NCBI GenBank assembly: GCA_025558095.1 | Contig: JAIVFI010000003.1 | Coordinates: forward strand, 62,001 to 126,000 | Direction of reading: 5' to 3' | Length of the DNA: 64,000 nucleotides | DNA from: Hyaloraphidium curvatum SAG 235-1 | Lineage: Eukaryota; Fungi; Monoblepharomycota | Part shown: positions 12,828 to 25,439 of the stretch, piece by piece | Layout: each line of letters starts with the position of its first letter | How positions within the stretch are numbered: the stretch's first letter is position 1 | Program-made: the position numbers and the translations under genes | Notes under the pieces: model-generated | The model's input: the letters and a program-made list of their open reading frames with translations, nothing else | Told to the model about the DNA's origin: nothing | Databases searched by the model: none

Positions 12828-14843
12828 CTAGACGAGACCTTGCTCCCTCGCCAGCCTTTCCTGCTCCTTCTCCTTGTCCGTCTTGTACCTCTCGATCCCC
12901 ATCCCCTCCACGTTGTCGTCCAGCACCCCCGCCATCACCAGTATGTCCCTGTCCACCCCCCCGCCGGCCTTGCGGATGTTGACCTCCTTCCTCCTGTCGG
13001 CCTCGCTCTTCTCGCTCGCCCAGGAGCGCTTCTGCGCCGCCCGCGCCGCCGGCCCGCCCAGCCCGTAGGCCGCCGCCTCGAGCACCTCGAAGTCCCACGA
13101 GAATCCTTGCTCCCCGTACGTCGGATTGCGGAAGGCCTGCTTGCCGCCGAGCACGGGGTCGTGACGGTACCGGCCCTGCTGCAGGGTGGCGTCCACCGCG
13201 AGGCGGTACCCGTCGCCCCGCTCCCACGGGCCGATGCAGATCCCCGCGGCAGGGCTGACGAGGAGGTGCCTGTCCAGGGTGGGTTTGGGCGGCGGAGAAA
13301 GGGCCGAGGGGTACTGCACATCCAGGGCAGGACGCAGCAGGGCGAGGACGGAGCGGGGGAGGGGCTGCGGGATCTTGGCGGTGTTGCCGGCGTTCATCTT
13401 CCAGGGTTCGGGGTTGAGGAAGGCGAAGAGGAGGGGGGTGCCGGGGGTGCCCGAGGGGATGCCGGGGGTCGGGGGGGAGGTGGGTTTGGTAACGCGGCAC
13501 GAGAGAAGGAGGAGCGAGGCGGCGGGGTACTTGAAGGCGTTGGATTCGAAGCTAAACAAAGGGTAGTTAGGATGTGAAGGGTCAGGGAGCGGACAACAAC
13601 CTCACCGATTCATGCTGAAGCCCATCTCGCTGCCTTGGTAGAGCAGATCCCACCGTCCCTTCTCCGTCTGCCCCTCGGCAGCCGGCGGCCCGGCGAGGAT
13701 CTCGCGCGGAAGCCAGAGGCTGAGCAGCCACATGACCTCCGGGGTGAGGATCGGCGCGGGTGGCAGCGGAAGGGGCGGGTACAGAGACACGGGATCGTTG
13801 GGCGGCTGCACGAGCATGAACGCCGGCACGTCGGCGCCGTGCAGAAGGAAGCGGGTGTAGACGAAGGCGCGCAGCACGCCGAAGAGGTTGGGCGACTGCA
13901 GGCTACCGACGAGGCGCGAAAAGAACTCCTTGAGGGAGACCGGCGCGGTCGCGTTGGGAAAGAGAAGCGCGGCCACGGTACCCGAGCTCGAATTCACGTC
14001 CAGCGTGACCTTTGCGGGATCGATTGCCGGCGCGCCCTCACGACCTTCGGCAGACTCGGCCCGAATCATCTCCCCGACCATGTCCAGCTTGGCCAACAGC
14101 GCGAGCCCGTCCACGAGGGCAGCAAAGTCGGCAGCGGAGAGCAGCTTCGAGGAACCCTGCAAGAAGCTCGTGTCCTCCTTCGCCGCAGCACCTGCTTGCT
14201 TGTTCCCGCCGTCGATCAGCTCAAGGAACGAGTCGAACTCTCCCGCGGCACGAGAGCCCGATCCCGGCCCGGTCCCCCCAGCCTCGCCAGCGGCTGCAGC
14301 AACAGCCGGTGAACCTGTCGCCCACGCGTCCCAAAGCAACCGGATCCATGCGCCCTCGGAACCGACGGCCGATGTCGCCTTGCCGGCCAGCAGCGCGACC
14401 GCGTTGACCAATTTCGGCCAGTCCACCAACTCCGGGTCCAACCCGGCGACGCCCTCGTAGTCCGACGCTTTGTAGATGTTGCCCACATGCAGGATCACGC
14501 GGAACAGCACGTCCGCAAAGGCCGAGCCAACGGGGTTGGCCGCCTCGGGGAACGCGGCGCGGAATCCGGCGAGTGAGACGCCCTCGGCTCCGGACGCGCG
14601 CTTCTCGCCGCGGGACTTGTAGAATCCCATCAGAGAGTTTCTTTCCTGCGTGTTCATCAACCTTTCGACGTCGGAGAAGCGGGCGAACGGCTGCGGAACA
14701 AAGGTCGGCCGCGAAGGGGGAGACGCCGCGACTGGAGCCGCGGCCGGCGCGGCAGCGGGGCGTGGAGCCGCATTGGAAGCAGCAGCAGGCGCAGCAGCGT
14801 GCTTCGCCTGCTTTTCGGAGTGCTTACTCTCCTTGTTGCCCAT
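12828..14843 (-). CDS. RTC5: TLDc-domain protein, Rtc5/MEAK7-like
   Basis: Myristoylation-type start MGNKESK. Intron 13552-13605 joins WDLLYQGSEMGFSMNR to FESNAFKYPAASLLL. C-terminal ..EADRRKEVNI..DRDILVMAGVL resembles fungal Rtc5. Confidence 0.8.
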
Positions 14844-14876
14844 CGCCGTGGGCCCGTTGATCGATCGCCGGTGGGT

Positions 14877-15175
14877 AAGCCCTTCGCATTGTTGACGCGA
14901 AGGCGTCGTCGAATCACGAGCCCGTCGGGGCACGAGGACGCCCTACGAGAACTCTAAGTGCCGTATTTATATCTGGCGACGCGGTCCGCGAAGCGGGATG
15001 GGGAAAACATGACATCTCTGACCCCCTGATCCCCCACGGCGGGCCGCGACGATGCCGGGGCGCGACCTCGCGTTGCGGCCATTGTAACAGTAAATTGACT
15101 ACGAGAATCAGTGCGACAGTCCCTAGTGTGGTCCTTCGTTCGTGTTTGAGGCCTCGAAAGCCCGGCGTGGGTGGT
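14877..15175 (-). repeat. Copy 2 (inverted) of the ~300-bp non-coding element, upstream of the Rtc5-like gene
   Basis: Matches 10566-10865. Contains TATAAATA on the minus strand (~14964-14971), about 125 nt before the ATG. Confidence 0.9.
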
Positions 15176-15579
15176 GCGCAGGCGCGGCTGAGCTCTCCCT
15201 AAGGCACTGCCGTGGGAGTCTCAATCATCCGGCATGGTTGAAAAGAATGTAGAAGCGGTCGAGCTCATTGGTGTGGCCTCGTTGAGGCGGCGTTCGAAAA
15301 AGGTCCCCACGGCACGCGGGCGACCCGCACCTGGTACGAGCCGAAGGCATTTCGAGCAAAAAGCATTGGCATGGTGAGGGTCACTGGGAAGTCTGCGATG
15401 GCCTAACATTTCGCACGGCAAGCCGAGGTTCCCGGATGCGGATTTGAACCAGCAACCGTGTTCCAAGACAAGGTCGACCCTAGGTACGCCGCAAACGACC
15501 CAGCGCGCGCTGACCACTGCACCATGCCCCCGCACGCCGAACCACACCGCTGGAACGAATATGTGCCGTCCTAGCTCTT

Positions 15580-17310
15580 AGAAATCGGTGCTCTGCACTG
15601 GCCAAGACGGCGAAGCGCCATAGCGACACCGACCGGCGGGCTCGTGGTGCTTTCTGGCTGCCATCTTTTCGGCGACAAGTAGGTCCGCCACGACGAGATC
15701 GTTTCGCGGGGATTGGTCAGCTCGACGGAAAGATTTAAGCGAGGGTGCTTCACTGTCAAAGTCAATACGACGGAGGACGCGCTTCTAGTCGCTGCCGGCG
15801 CGATCAGGGCTGGTTCGCTTCTGCTTCTTGACTCCGAACACCGCAAGAACGTGCTCATCCTGGGCTTCAACATCGGAGTGAAAGGGCACTTGAAAGGCCG
15901 CACGAAGTTCGACGTGGCCCTGTCGGTACTCCGCAAGCTGGATGGGCCGACCCCGGTTTTCGTCGACGTCGGGGACACCGCCGCTGCTGAGGATTGCACG
16001 CACGTGCAGGCCGGAGACACCACGGTGCTTGTGAAGCTCTCGTTCAACGCGATGGATTCCGAGCGGGAACGCAATCGAGAAGCTCGGTCTTCGTCCGTCG
16101 AACGAGCGGCCGGGGCAATCGTGGGCAGCTTCCTCCACGTCGCCAAGCATTGGATTGCTGTGCGGAGGCACGGCCACGGTCAAGTGCATCAGGATTCTTT
16201 GCATGCCAACCCCGCCGACGCCGCTCCCGTACATCCCGCCCGAGATCGTGCGCATGTTCATGAGTCTAGCTGCTCCCGTCGGCAAGATCAGGTTCTTGGT
16301 CTGTTTGATGCACGTCAACCGCGAATGGAGAGAAGAGGGGTTGCAAAACCACGAATGGAGAAATGAAGGGTTGGATATCCTCCGCAGGTGATTCTCCAGC
16401 GGGACTTGTGCAGAGCGCCGTAGGACTCCGCCGCAAAAATCCACAGCGGGTTGGCGTCCGTCTCCGAGAACTCCCGGCGAGCGCGATACCTGGGGCTCGT
16501 CCTCGCACGAGCCCCATGAGCCGCCCTCATGCGTTTCCGCGACACTGCCGGTTTGATGTTGGCGTCGGGCGTCGTCCACAGTCTTGGCGACATTATAGTC
16601 CACGTGCGTGACGCGCCAGCCCGCGCGGCTCTTTGGCTCGCGGTGTAGCATAGCGCAGGGCGACCTCCTCCTCAGCTTCGGCAACCACCTCGTCTACAGC
16701 AGCAACAGCCAACGCAGGGTCCTGGCCGGGGCCAACGTCCTCGCGAACCGCCTCGGGGGCGGCGGGGGGCGTGGGAGCCACCTCATCTAGGACACGTACG
16801 AACCCACGGATTTTGGTGCCGAGGATTGCCCGAACTCGAATGGGACAAAAAAAGAAACTGCCCATTCCCACCACGCGCGGAGAACTACATGCGACACCTA
16901 GAAAGCTTATCAGGCAGTAGAAGTCATGCGGAGATGACGCAGCAAGCCTGGCGGGCCATGTTCGGGTGGCCGCCAGGAAGGCGCCGAGAAGATCTTCCCG
17001 GCTGTATCGTCAGCCCGAGCTCTCTGACGGAACCCTGCGCAAAGGCCTGCACTTGTTCCAGTGTCTTGATTGTCATTCGTGATCGGATCAGCGCGCCTGG
17101 CGGCATCTCGAGCGACGCTCCGGCTCGAAGCTCCAACGTGCCCGTGGTCTGAAACGCAATGCTCCAATCAATCAAGCTTCAAGCGTCGCTCGGGCAGCTC
17201 CGGAAGGAATGGGAGCCGTTCCCCTTCGACGTCCCAGGCATCCGAAATGCCCTCGCCGTCGCCCTCGGGGGTGTTGCGGGCGGCCCATGCACTACATAAT
17301 AATCGCCACG
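15580..17310 (+). pseudogene. Degenerate coding remnants, including an F-box-like start (MPTPPTPLPYIPPEIVRMF, ~16202)
   Basis: Short interrupted ORFs with protein-like composition and an LPxIPPEI F-box-like motif; no continuous frame. Confidence 0.35.
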
Positions 17311-17317
17311 ACCAAGT

Positions 17318-18094
17318 CTATTCCGTTTCAGGCAAAAGAGAAGTATTCAAAGCATCTGAATCCACTTCGCAGCTATGGCCGGGCGCGTCAGGAGAAAGAT
17401 GAACAAGACTACGGACAGGTAGGTCAAATCCGCGGCCTTCGCTCCCCTTTCGGCTCGCGCATCTGCGTGCCAAGCGCTGAGCGGCAGCAGGATGAGCGAC
17501 CTGTACAGCGAGTTCTTGTTCATGACATTCTCGACGGTTGGCGTTGTAAACCCCTGCACGAGGCACGTCTCATTCCACACATGTTGGCCAATCTTCCAGA
17601 GGAGACGCACCGTAGAGCCAAGAGGTTGATCCAAAGACCCAGGCCCCTGTGACCAGGTTTCCATACGCGTCTCGGTGTTCCAGGATCTTCTCGTTGGCAA
17701 GAATCATCGCCACCCCTGCGTTGTCTGCGGGGGGCTGGAGCATGGGCATGGCAGGCAACACCAACGAAAGACGGCGACTGTCGAGCCCGGACAGTTGGAA
17801 CGCGACCATAACGGCCTCGTAGAGGTCACGTCCAGTCCCAGTCACGACGTTGATCTCGATGTCTCGTTTCTCTTGGTCGTTCGCCGTGCCGATGAGCGAA
17901 ACGTGCACAACGACCGTCCCTGGAGCCGCAGGGGCCGCCACAGCGGCCGGCGCAGGAGCCGCAGGAGCCGCCGCCACAGTCGTCAGCGCACCCGTCGTAG
18001 GGGCCGCCAGCGCTTGCTGAAACTGAACGGCCTCTTCCATCGCTCGCGGATCGCCTTTGGAGCGGTGACGTGGCTGGGGCAAAGTGATGCCCAT
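17318..18094 (-). pseudogene. Hypothetical protein, possible ubiquitin-like N-terminal domain, with an in-frame TGA at 17570-17572
   Basis: ORF 17570-18094 continues in the same frame into ORF 17318-17566. VVVHVSLIG..RDIEINV..GRDLYEAVMVAFQL..LSLV has a beta-grasp-like pattern. Confidence 0.35.
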
Positions 18095-18193
18095 GCCCAG
18101 CAGGACAAATCAGCAGCTCCTTCGGTTCTTTTCCACATCTGTTGTCATTCATAGACTATGTCATTCGGCGGGTTCGCATCCTGCGTCACAGCT

Positions 18194-18265
18194 CTAGATA
18201 CCTGTACTCTGTAGTCGAACTTACTTGAACTAGATACCTGTGCTCTGTAGTCGAACTTACTTGAA
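18194..18265. repeat. Tandem duplication of a 36-bp unit
   Basis: CTAGATACCTGT(A/G)CTCTGTAGTCGAACTTACTTGAA x2, one mismatch. Confidence 0.95.
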
Positions 18266-18380
18266 GTACTCCTTCGAGCGATCGCTGTGAGTGGACGGCC
18301 AATCTTGATTTGTAGGCGACCGCACCAAGTTAGCAGTGCAAAAGGGAATGAGAAGGACGAGAGGTTTATTGATCATGGAG

Positions 18381-20226
18381 TCAAACAGTTCGTTCCGCCT
18401 CCCTGATCAGCTCGAGCACGTGGGAGGGGTACGCCTCGAGCAGCTCCGAGACCGAGAGCACGTCCCGCTCTCCAAAGAGCTCGGCGACGGCCAGATCGGG
18501 CAGGAGGACCGCAACCGCTTCGGCGGCCAGGCGCGCGAGCGAGGGAATAGCGTTTCGACGGGGCGGGGCGGTCGGATCGAGTTGTTGTTCTGTGGGTAGG
18601 CGCGATGTCAAGCACTCGGTCTCCAAGTCCGACAGCGAACCTCCCACCTTCCCTCAGAATCCGGACCGCCCTCCCGCTGCTTATCACCGGCACCACCACC
18701 CCCAGCGCCTTCTCCAACCCCCTGACGCCGGGCAGCGCCGGCACCACCACCACCGCCTCCTCCTCCTCCTCCTCCTCCTCCTCGCTCCCGTCCAGCCCCA
18801 GGAACCGGTGGCACGGCACCGACAAATCGACCTTCCATCCCCGCCCGAGCCAGTCCGCCGCCACCCGCGCCGCGAGCGGGCCGAGATCGGGCCCGGGGCC
18901 GGGGTTGGGATGGCGCGAGCGCGACCACGCCAAGAGGTCCGCGGCGAGCGCGCGGAGCAGCGCGGGGAGGTACCGGAACCAGTCCGGATATGACGTGGTG
19001 ACACCGCGGCCGGCCGTGTGCGCGTGGAAGGGAACGGCGAACGAGGGCGGGGAGGAAAATTCGGGGTCAGAGTGCCAGAGCTGGGAATGGAGGTGGAGCT
19101 GGGCCAGCAGGGCAAAGACGGCGATCGAGAGGGAGTTGTGCGGCGCGGGAGGGCCGCCGGCGGGGGCACTTGTCCGGTTGAATTCGGAGGGCAGGCTGGG
19201 GAAGGCGGAGGTGGGGGAGAGGTTGAGCAGCGAGCGCAGCTCGGCGAGCTGCTTTTGGATCCCCGAGGCGAGGCGGCGCGGAACCTTGGCGACCCCTCCC
19301 TCGGCCCATCCTTCCGAGCCTTGCGAATCGCGCCGATTCGAAAAGGCCGGATGCCGATCCACGAGGAACTGCAGGTCGTCCACCGCAGAGTGCAAGAGGT
19401 AGTGCGGGACCATGGAAAGGGCAAAGGTGACCAGCTCCGCGTCTTCGTGGGGCTTCAGGGGACGCTTACGACCCGTCGGGCCCGCAGAGAGGAAGTAGGG
19501 GAGCGGCGGGAGGGCGGAGATTGAACCCTTGAGGGCATTGAGGTGCGCGAGGAGGGCAGCCGCGTCGACTTCGAGTTCGCGGCAGGCAGATTCGAGGGCG
19601 CCAGCATCGGCAGAGCCACCGACAGCGTCGCTGCTCCCAGGGCGCTTCACAGACGAAGGAAAAAACACCAAGTTTCCAAGCCCGGCCGTCCGCGTCCGAT
19701 CCTGCGTCGCCGCTGTCGCCCGCGCCGAAACCGCCCTCCGGATCCCGATAAGCGCCGCCACAAGCTTCACCGCCTTGCGCGCGAAATGCTGCTTCGGCGC
19801 CTCCTTCTGCCTTCCCTGCGCCGCCGGCCGGGGCAGCGCGTCGGGCACGTTGGCGAAGCTTCGAGCAAGCAGCCTCGCGTCGTCATCCGGTGTCCAAGAA
19901 CTGCAGCCCCACAGCACCGCGGCTTCCGGTCCGGTGGCCGCAGCGGTGGCATTGGTGGTTCTTCCATTGAGCAGGAGACTTCGACGGCCGAGTTTCGGCA
20001 CTCGTGGCCGCCAGAAGAGGGCCGATTCCTTCCCGTCCGCGGAGGAGTCGGAACCCGACTCGGAGTCCGAATCCGAGCCGGAGGACGCGTCGGCGTTGTA
20101 GAACTGCTTCCTAGCTTTGACGGGCCGGGGAGAGAGGGCCCGGCCGTCCGAACCGGGCGGCATGTCACGGCGGAGACATCGTTGGGCTGGCGCCTGCGAC
20201 GTATCGGCTGTAGGCGTTGCGACCAC
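18381..20226 (-). CDS. Hypothetical nuclear protein with degenerate Myb/SANT-like motifs and a C-terminal BC-box-like motif
   Basis: 617-aa ORF with WTPDDDARLL and LKPHEDAELV. Intron ~18594-18648 joins a last exon containing IPSLARLAAEAV. Start codon uncertain. Confidence 0.55.
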
Positions 20227-20837
20227 CTATTCTCCATACCGCCGCGGACGCTTCAAATCACAAAGACAGACGGATGTGCTCTTCACATCTCATGTTTCAA
20301 AAGCCACCGAGTCTACCCATCCGCGCCCTGCTGATTTGCGATCGTCCGAACCTCATCGAAACCGAAAATCTCGGCTTCAGCAACCGAGCACACGGAAGTC
20401 CTCCCAAAACTATACGACGCGGAGCCAGGAGCGCGCATGTGCAGGCGTCCAGAAAGAGACGGATGGGGTGCAGGCCAAGCATCTGATCAGAATCTTGAAT
20501 TGGGGCGTCCGCGTGCCTCCGGAGGCGCCCAGAGCGACCACCCCGTCCGACGTCGCTCCACCAGCCGGCAAAGGAGAAAGCTGTGATTGCATTTCGGCAG
20601 GTCGGAGCGGGCGCGGCGGAAAGAGAGGCAGCCATTGTTTGGGCTCGGTTGGAGAGTTGACTCATCACCGTGCTCCCGGCCCACCCATTGAACTCCGTCG
20701 TTCCGAGCAAAATGGACTCTTCGCTTGCCGGATCAGTCAATTGGGAGCTCGTAATGTAGCATGTACATCAACAATGACCAAAGTGGAACAAGCTAGTCCA
20801 TAAGCGCATCGCGCAAACAGTCGCAGAAGACCGAGAA

Positions 20838-23703
20838 TCAGAAGTCCACGCCGGGCAGCATCGGATCGTGCTGCCCGCGGAGAGCGTTGGCGGGGATCGG
20901 GGGTTGGACGAAAGCAGGGGGTACGCCGACGGGCGGGGGGAGGAAGAGGGGGTTGTGCTCATGCCGCATCACAGGCCGGGCCTGCGCCGCCTGCGCCTGC
21001 GCCGCGGCGAGCAGCTGCGCGTGCTGGGCCTGGTGCTGCGGTGCACGGGCCTGCGCCCTCTGCGCGGCTTGCGCCACCTGCGCCAGCGCGCGCAGCTGGG
21101 CATGGGCCTGGGCCTGCCCGCGCTGCAGCGCCGCCTGCGCCGGGATCTGCGCCTGTAGGCCCTGCCCCTGGAGGTACGCCTCGACCTGGGCCCGGTGCGC
21201 CGCCGCCGCCGCGGCCTGCACCTCGGGCTCGCGGGCCTGCGCGGCAGCGTACTCGGCTCGCAGCTGCTCGACCCGCGCCGCCGCCCCCGGGAGCATGAGC
21301 CTGGCCCTGGCCGCCGCGTTGTTCTGCCGGGTGATGTTGCCCTTCAGGGTGCTGATTCTGCGCCCGTTGGCCGAGCGCTCCGCCGCCTCCAGGTCCGCCT
21401 TCAGCTGTGCCGCCTTGCGCTCCGCCTGGGTGATCTGGAACTCGTACTGCCGGTGCATCCTCTCCGCGTGCGCGAGCTGGTTCCGTGCCGTTAGGAGCTG
21501 CGCGCTCTCGCCGCGCAACAGCGCCCCCGCAGGCGGCGCCCCCCGGGCGATCGCAAGGAGCTGGTGCACCGGGATTGCATGGAGCCCGTTGGCCGCCGCC
21601 GCCGCCGGGCCCGCTGCCGCCGGCTGGTCGCGGTACTGCATCGCCGACCGCGCGTTGGCCGCCGGCACCGCCGCCAGGTCCACCTTGATCTCCTCGCCGA
21701 CCGCCGGGTCCAGCTTCTTTGCCTCCTCGAGCGCGCGCTGCGCGGCCTCGTTGACCGCCAGAGCATCGCCGCGCACCGTGTCGTCCCAGAGCGGGCAGCG
21801 GTTCTTCGAGTCCGGGTTGGGCTTGCCGTCCGCGCCGTGGGAAAAGTGCTGGTAACCGGGTATCACCTGGCGGCACACGTAGCAGATGGTCGCGCGACAC
21901 GTGGGGCAGGTCATCTTGTTGCACCCGTCGACCTTGAAGAATCGCGATCCAGGGCAATTGGGGCAGCTCCGGACCAGGGCTTCGGTCATGGCCTCCTCCA
22001 CCGTGTGCTGTACGTTCAGGGCGCGATCGCGCTCCTCCTCGCCGCACCGCTTGGGGAGGTGGTTGGGCTTGCGGCACAGCCGGCACGAGACGACGCTGCA
22101 GGCGGGGTTCAGGCAGTGGAAGAGGGTCACGGCCTCGCCGAGGTCGTCCTCGAGGATGATGGCAAAATAGCAGAACGGGCAGTCGACGAGCCCCTCGATG
22201 CCGGCCTAGAACAAAGCCGCGGGTCAGCAGAAGGCCGACACCGCCGCACGAGGAAACCCACCTTGCGGATCTCCTCCTGCTGCATCATCTTTTCCCACCC
22301 CTCCATCGTCTTGGGCCCCAGGAACCTCCTCATCTCCCTCCTCGGAAACACCTCGGCGCAACCCCCCTCGTCGGTGCTCATGCACGCTATCGTGGGCTTG
22401 CGCGCGCCGATCAGCTCCTCGGCGTGCCTCCGCGCGCAGTCCAGGCAGAACGCGTGCCCCGCCTCGCACCGCGCGGTCTCGCGGGCCGGGTACGCGGCGA
22501 AGCAGCATCCGCACTCGAGCTCCGGCCCGCCGTCCTCGCCGTCCGATCCCGAGGCGCGGTCGTGCGCGCGGTCTTCGAGCCAGGCGATCTCGGCAAGGAG
22601 GCGCGGGTCCGTTGCGGCAGGGGGAACGGCAGGCTTGCCCTTGCCTTTGCGGTCGGTCGGGTGATCGCGGAGGGCGATGCTCATGCCTTGCGGGAGGGAG
22701 TTACACTCGACCATGGCCATGAGGTCCGACAGGTAGGCGTGGGTGGGGGCGAACTGCGAGTTGCGGGCGCGGAAGGCGTTGAGGATGGTGGTATCGGGCT
22801 GGAGGCGGGGAAAGTCGTGCTCGAGCAGGGCGAGGCTGGAAAAATGGGCACAAGAATGACATGGACGACTCGGCCAGGTTTCGAGCGGCACTGCTACCTT
22901 TCCGACTCGTACTGGGGTCCGACGGTGACCTTGACCTCCTCCACGCGGCCGTAGTCCTTCCTGTTCTCCTTCCCCTTGTACCGGAGCACGTCCTCGCCGT
23001 AAGCCGGCGCAGCTGCCGCCGCCGTCCCCACGTCGGCCGCCCGCCTCGGGTATCCGGCGCCGGCGGCAAAGATGTCGTCGACCACGGCCTGCACCCTCGC
23101 GTCCCAGGTCTCCAGCGTCAGGGAATGGTGCCGCAGCCGTTCGAGGATGTAGGAAACGGAGCAGTCCGGAAACATTGCCGTCACGGAATCCAGGGCCTCG
23201 CGTTCCAGGTGCTCCGCGAGCGTCACGGTGCCCTCGTTCCGCCTCATGGGCGACGAGGGGATATCGTCCAGGTCCACGACGATGTCAAAGCGGGCCGCCC
23301 CGTCCCGGAGGTCCCCACGGAGCGCCGTCGGGTCCGGGGGCGCCCGTGCGACGGGCGAGGCCTGTGCCACCTTGGCCCGCTTCGGCGGCGGCGGCAGGTC
23401 GTCGTCATCGCTCAGCTCCACGTAGTATCCCGCATTGCCCAGGAATTGCTGCGAAGGCGCACTGTGCGGACCGCGGTTGGCCTGCTTCCTCGCCGCGGGG
23501 AAAGCGGCACCGTGCGGGTTGCCGTGCGAAGCCGAGCCGTGCGGACCGCCGACGTTCGGCGCCTGCGCGGGGTCGCCCAGCGGTCTTCGTGGCGGCGCAG
23601 GCCGCACGCTGACGATCTGCACGTCGTCGTCCGAGTCCGAGTCGAACGGAGTGGGGGCGCGAGCGACACCGGGGGCGAGCATCGCCACGCCGGGCGCCGC
23701 CAT
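20838..23703 (-). CDS. RBR (RING1-IBR-RING2) E3 ubiquitin ligase, RNF216/TRIAD3-like
   Basis: ECGCCF..CEAGHAFCLDC; CLNPACSVVSCRLCRKPNHLPKRC; CPNC..FFKVDGCNKMTCPTCRATICYVC. Introns 22836-22897 and 22206-22261. Ala/Gln-rich tail. Confidence 0.9.
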
Positions 23704-23985
23704 GGCCCGTCCAGTCCTCAGCAGAGATCCTAATGAGCCGGGGAATATCGGCAGACTGGGTGCCTGACGCCTGCGGAGGGTGGGACGAGTGCGGTTTGCA
23801 GCGATTCAACTGAGGAGCGAAGTCCGTCGCTTCGTTCCGTCCTGCATGTGCGTCGCCAGCCCAATCTCAACCAAAACCCTGGGCAAGTGAAGGATCGAAG
23901 GTCTTGAAGAGCTTATGGATGGAAATAAATCAAATCGTATTGGTCGGACGCGGCGCTGGCACTGATACTGTCGGCCTGGGTACGG

Positions 23986-24036
23986 CAGTGTCCAGACAGT
24001 GTCTAAACAGTGTCTGGACACTGTCTGGACGCTGTC
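23986..24036. repeat. Short array of near-palindromic 11-bp units
   Basis: CAGTGTCCAGA CAGTGTCTAAA CAGTGTCTGGA CACTGTCTGGA CGCTGTC; includes the perfect 14-bp inverted pair GTCCAGACAGTGTC / GACACTGTCTGGAC. Confidence 0.85.
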
Positions 24037-24078
24037 GATGCAGTTCCAGCCCAAACACCTCCTAGAAGCCTCCGTATA

Positions 24079-25114
24079 TCATCCGAGCTCTATCCTCGCA
24101 TCTTTCTTGGCCTCACGGTCTACCTCGCCGGTCCCTGCCGGTTTCCAGCTGCCCCCAATGACGCCTCCCACCACGCACGCGGCGCCCAGCATCTCCGATC
24201 CCCCCGGCATCCTCCCCATCGCCACCTGCGCCGCGAACGAAAACACTACCTGCAGCGTTCCCACCAGCAGCAGCCTCGCGGCGGTCAGGTGCTCCACCGC
24301 CAGCGCCGCGCAGAGCTGGCCCGCCAGGCCCGAGGCGATGATCCACAGGAAGAGGAGGTAGTCCAAGGCGCGCAGGTCCTGCGATGGGGCTCCGCCGGAC
24401 CACCATTCCCCGGCACAGAGCACGAGTGTGAGGGCCAGCATGCCCCCGAACCCTGAAAAGAGGACCTGGGCGGGGTCCGGCGGCATTGTCCGGCCCCGGT
24501 TGACCTTCCTCAGGTGAACCGCTTGGAGGGCCGTCGCAGCGGCCCCCAGCAGGCCCAAAAAGAGGCCAAAGGCGTAGGAAGAAGATTCCCGGGAGGAAAC
24601 GCCCGCCGGGGGCGGCGAGGCAAGGGAGAGGAAAGCAATCCCGACGACGCAGACGACCGCCGCGGCCATTTCCCGTCCCTGAGGGGCGTCAAGGAACAGT
24701 CAGCCCCGCGATCGCGACCCGACGCGTCCGAGACGCGGCGAGGGCACCGACCTCCCACTGCTCCCCAATCAGCATCCCGAACGGGCCCGACCATATCGCC
24801 GACGTGTAGTTGAGCACCGTCGCCGCGCCAATGTCCATGTAGACCAACGAGAACGAGAAGGAGGCGGACGAGGTCGCGCATATCGCCGCGCGGACCGCCA
24901 TCTCTTTCCGGAGGTCCGCCGGCACCAGCGGTATCCCTTTCCGGACCGCATACAGCGCACACAGCGCCGTGGAGGCCCCGTAGCGCCAGAGCATCGCCAT
25001 CAAAGGTGTCCGGTCGGGGCCGCCCGAGAGGTGCAGCTTGAGGGCCGCGGAGAGGGACGAGTAGGAGAAGGCCATGAAGGCGGCGAGGGCGGTGCCCCGC
25101 GAAGTCGCCGCCAT
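24079..25114 (-). CDS. EamA/DMT-family membrane transporter
   Basis: About 10 hydrophobic helices. YMDIGAATVLNYTSAIW..GMLIGE motif. Intron 24679-24751 fuses the two ORFs in frame. Confidence 0.8.
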
Positions 25115-25439
25115 GTTTGGAGGAGATGAGAAAGCGGGATACCCGCTTCCCAGGCGGGTCGCCGTTACTGCAAAGGGTGTTTCGACCGAAGGAGATCAGC
25201 AGCTTGGTCTTGCCGCCCGCCTGCCCGCCCGCCACAGCGCACCGTGCATTTCAGACTTCCGCTGGACGGCAGACCAAACGAAGGACAAGGCATGGGTTCG
25301 CACCTGACTCTCCAACGAGGTAATCTGCTCTTTCGATCCGTTCTCTGATGATGACACAGGCTGATGCACGCTAGCTACTGCACGATCCCCCGCTCACCGC
25401 CCACGAGCTACAAGCATACACCAAACGCACATGATCCAA

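Noticed and set aside
18194-18265. CRISPR-like repeat (36-bp unit); also the 25-bp pair at 49250/49448
   Set aside because: Only two units each, without a proper spacer, no cas genes, and a eukaryotic context.
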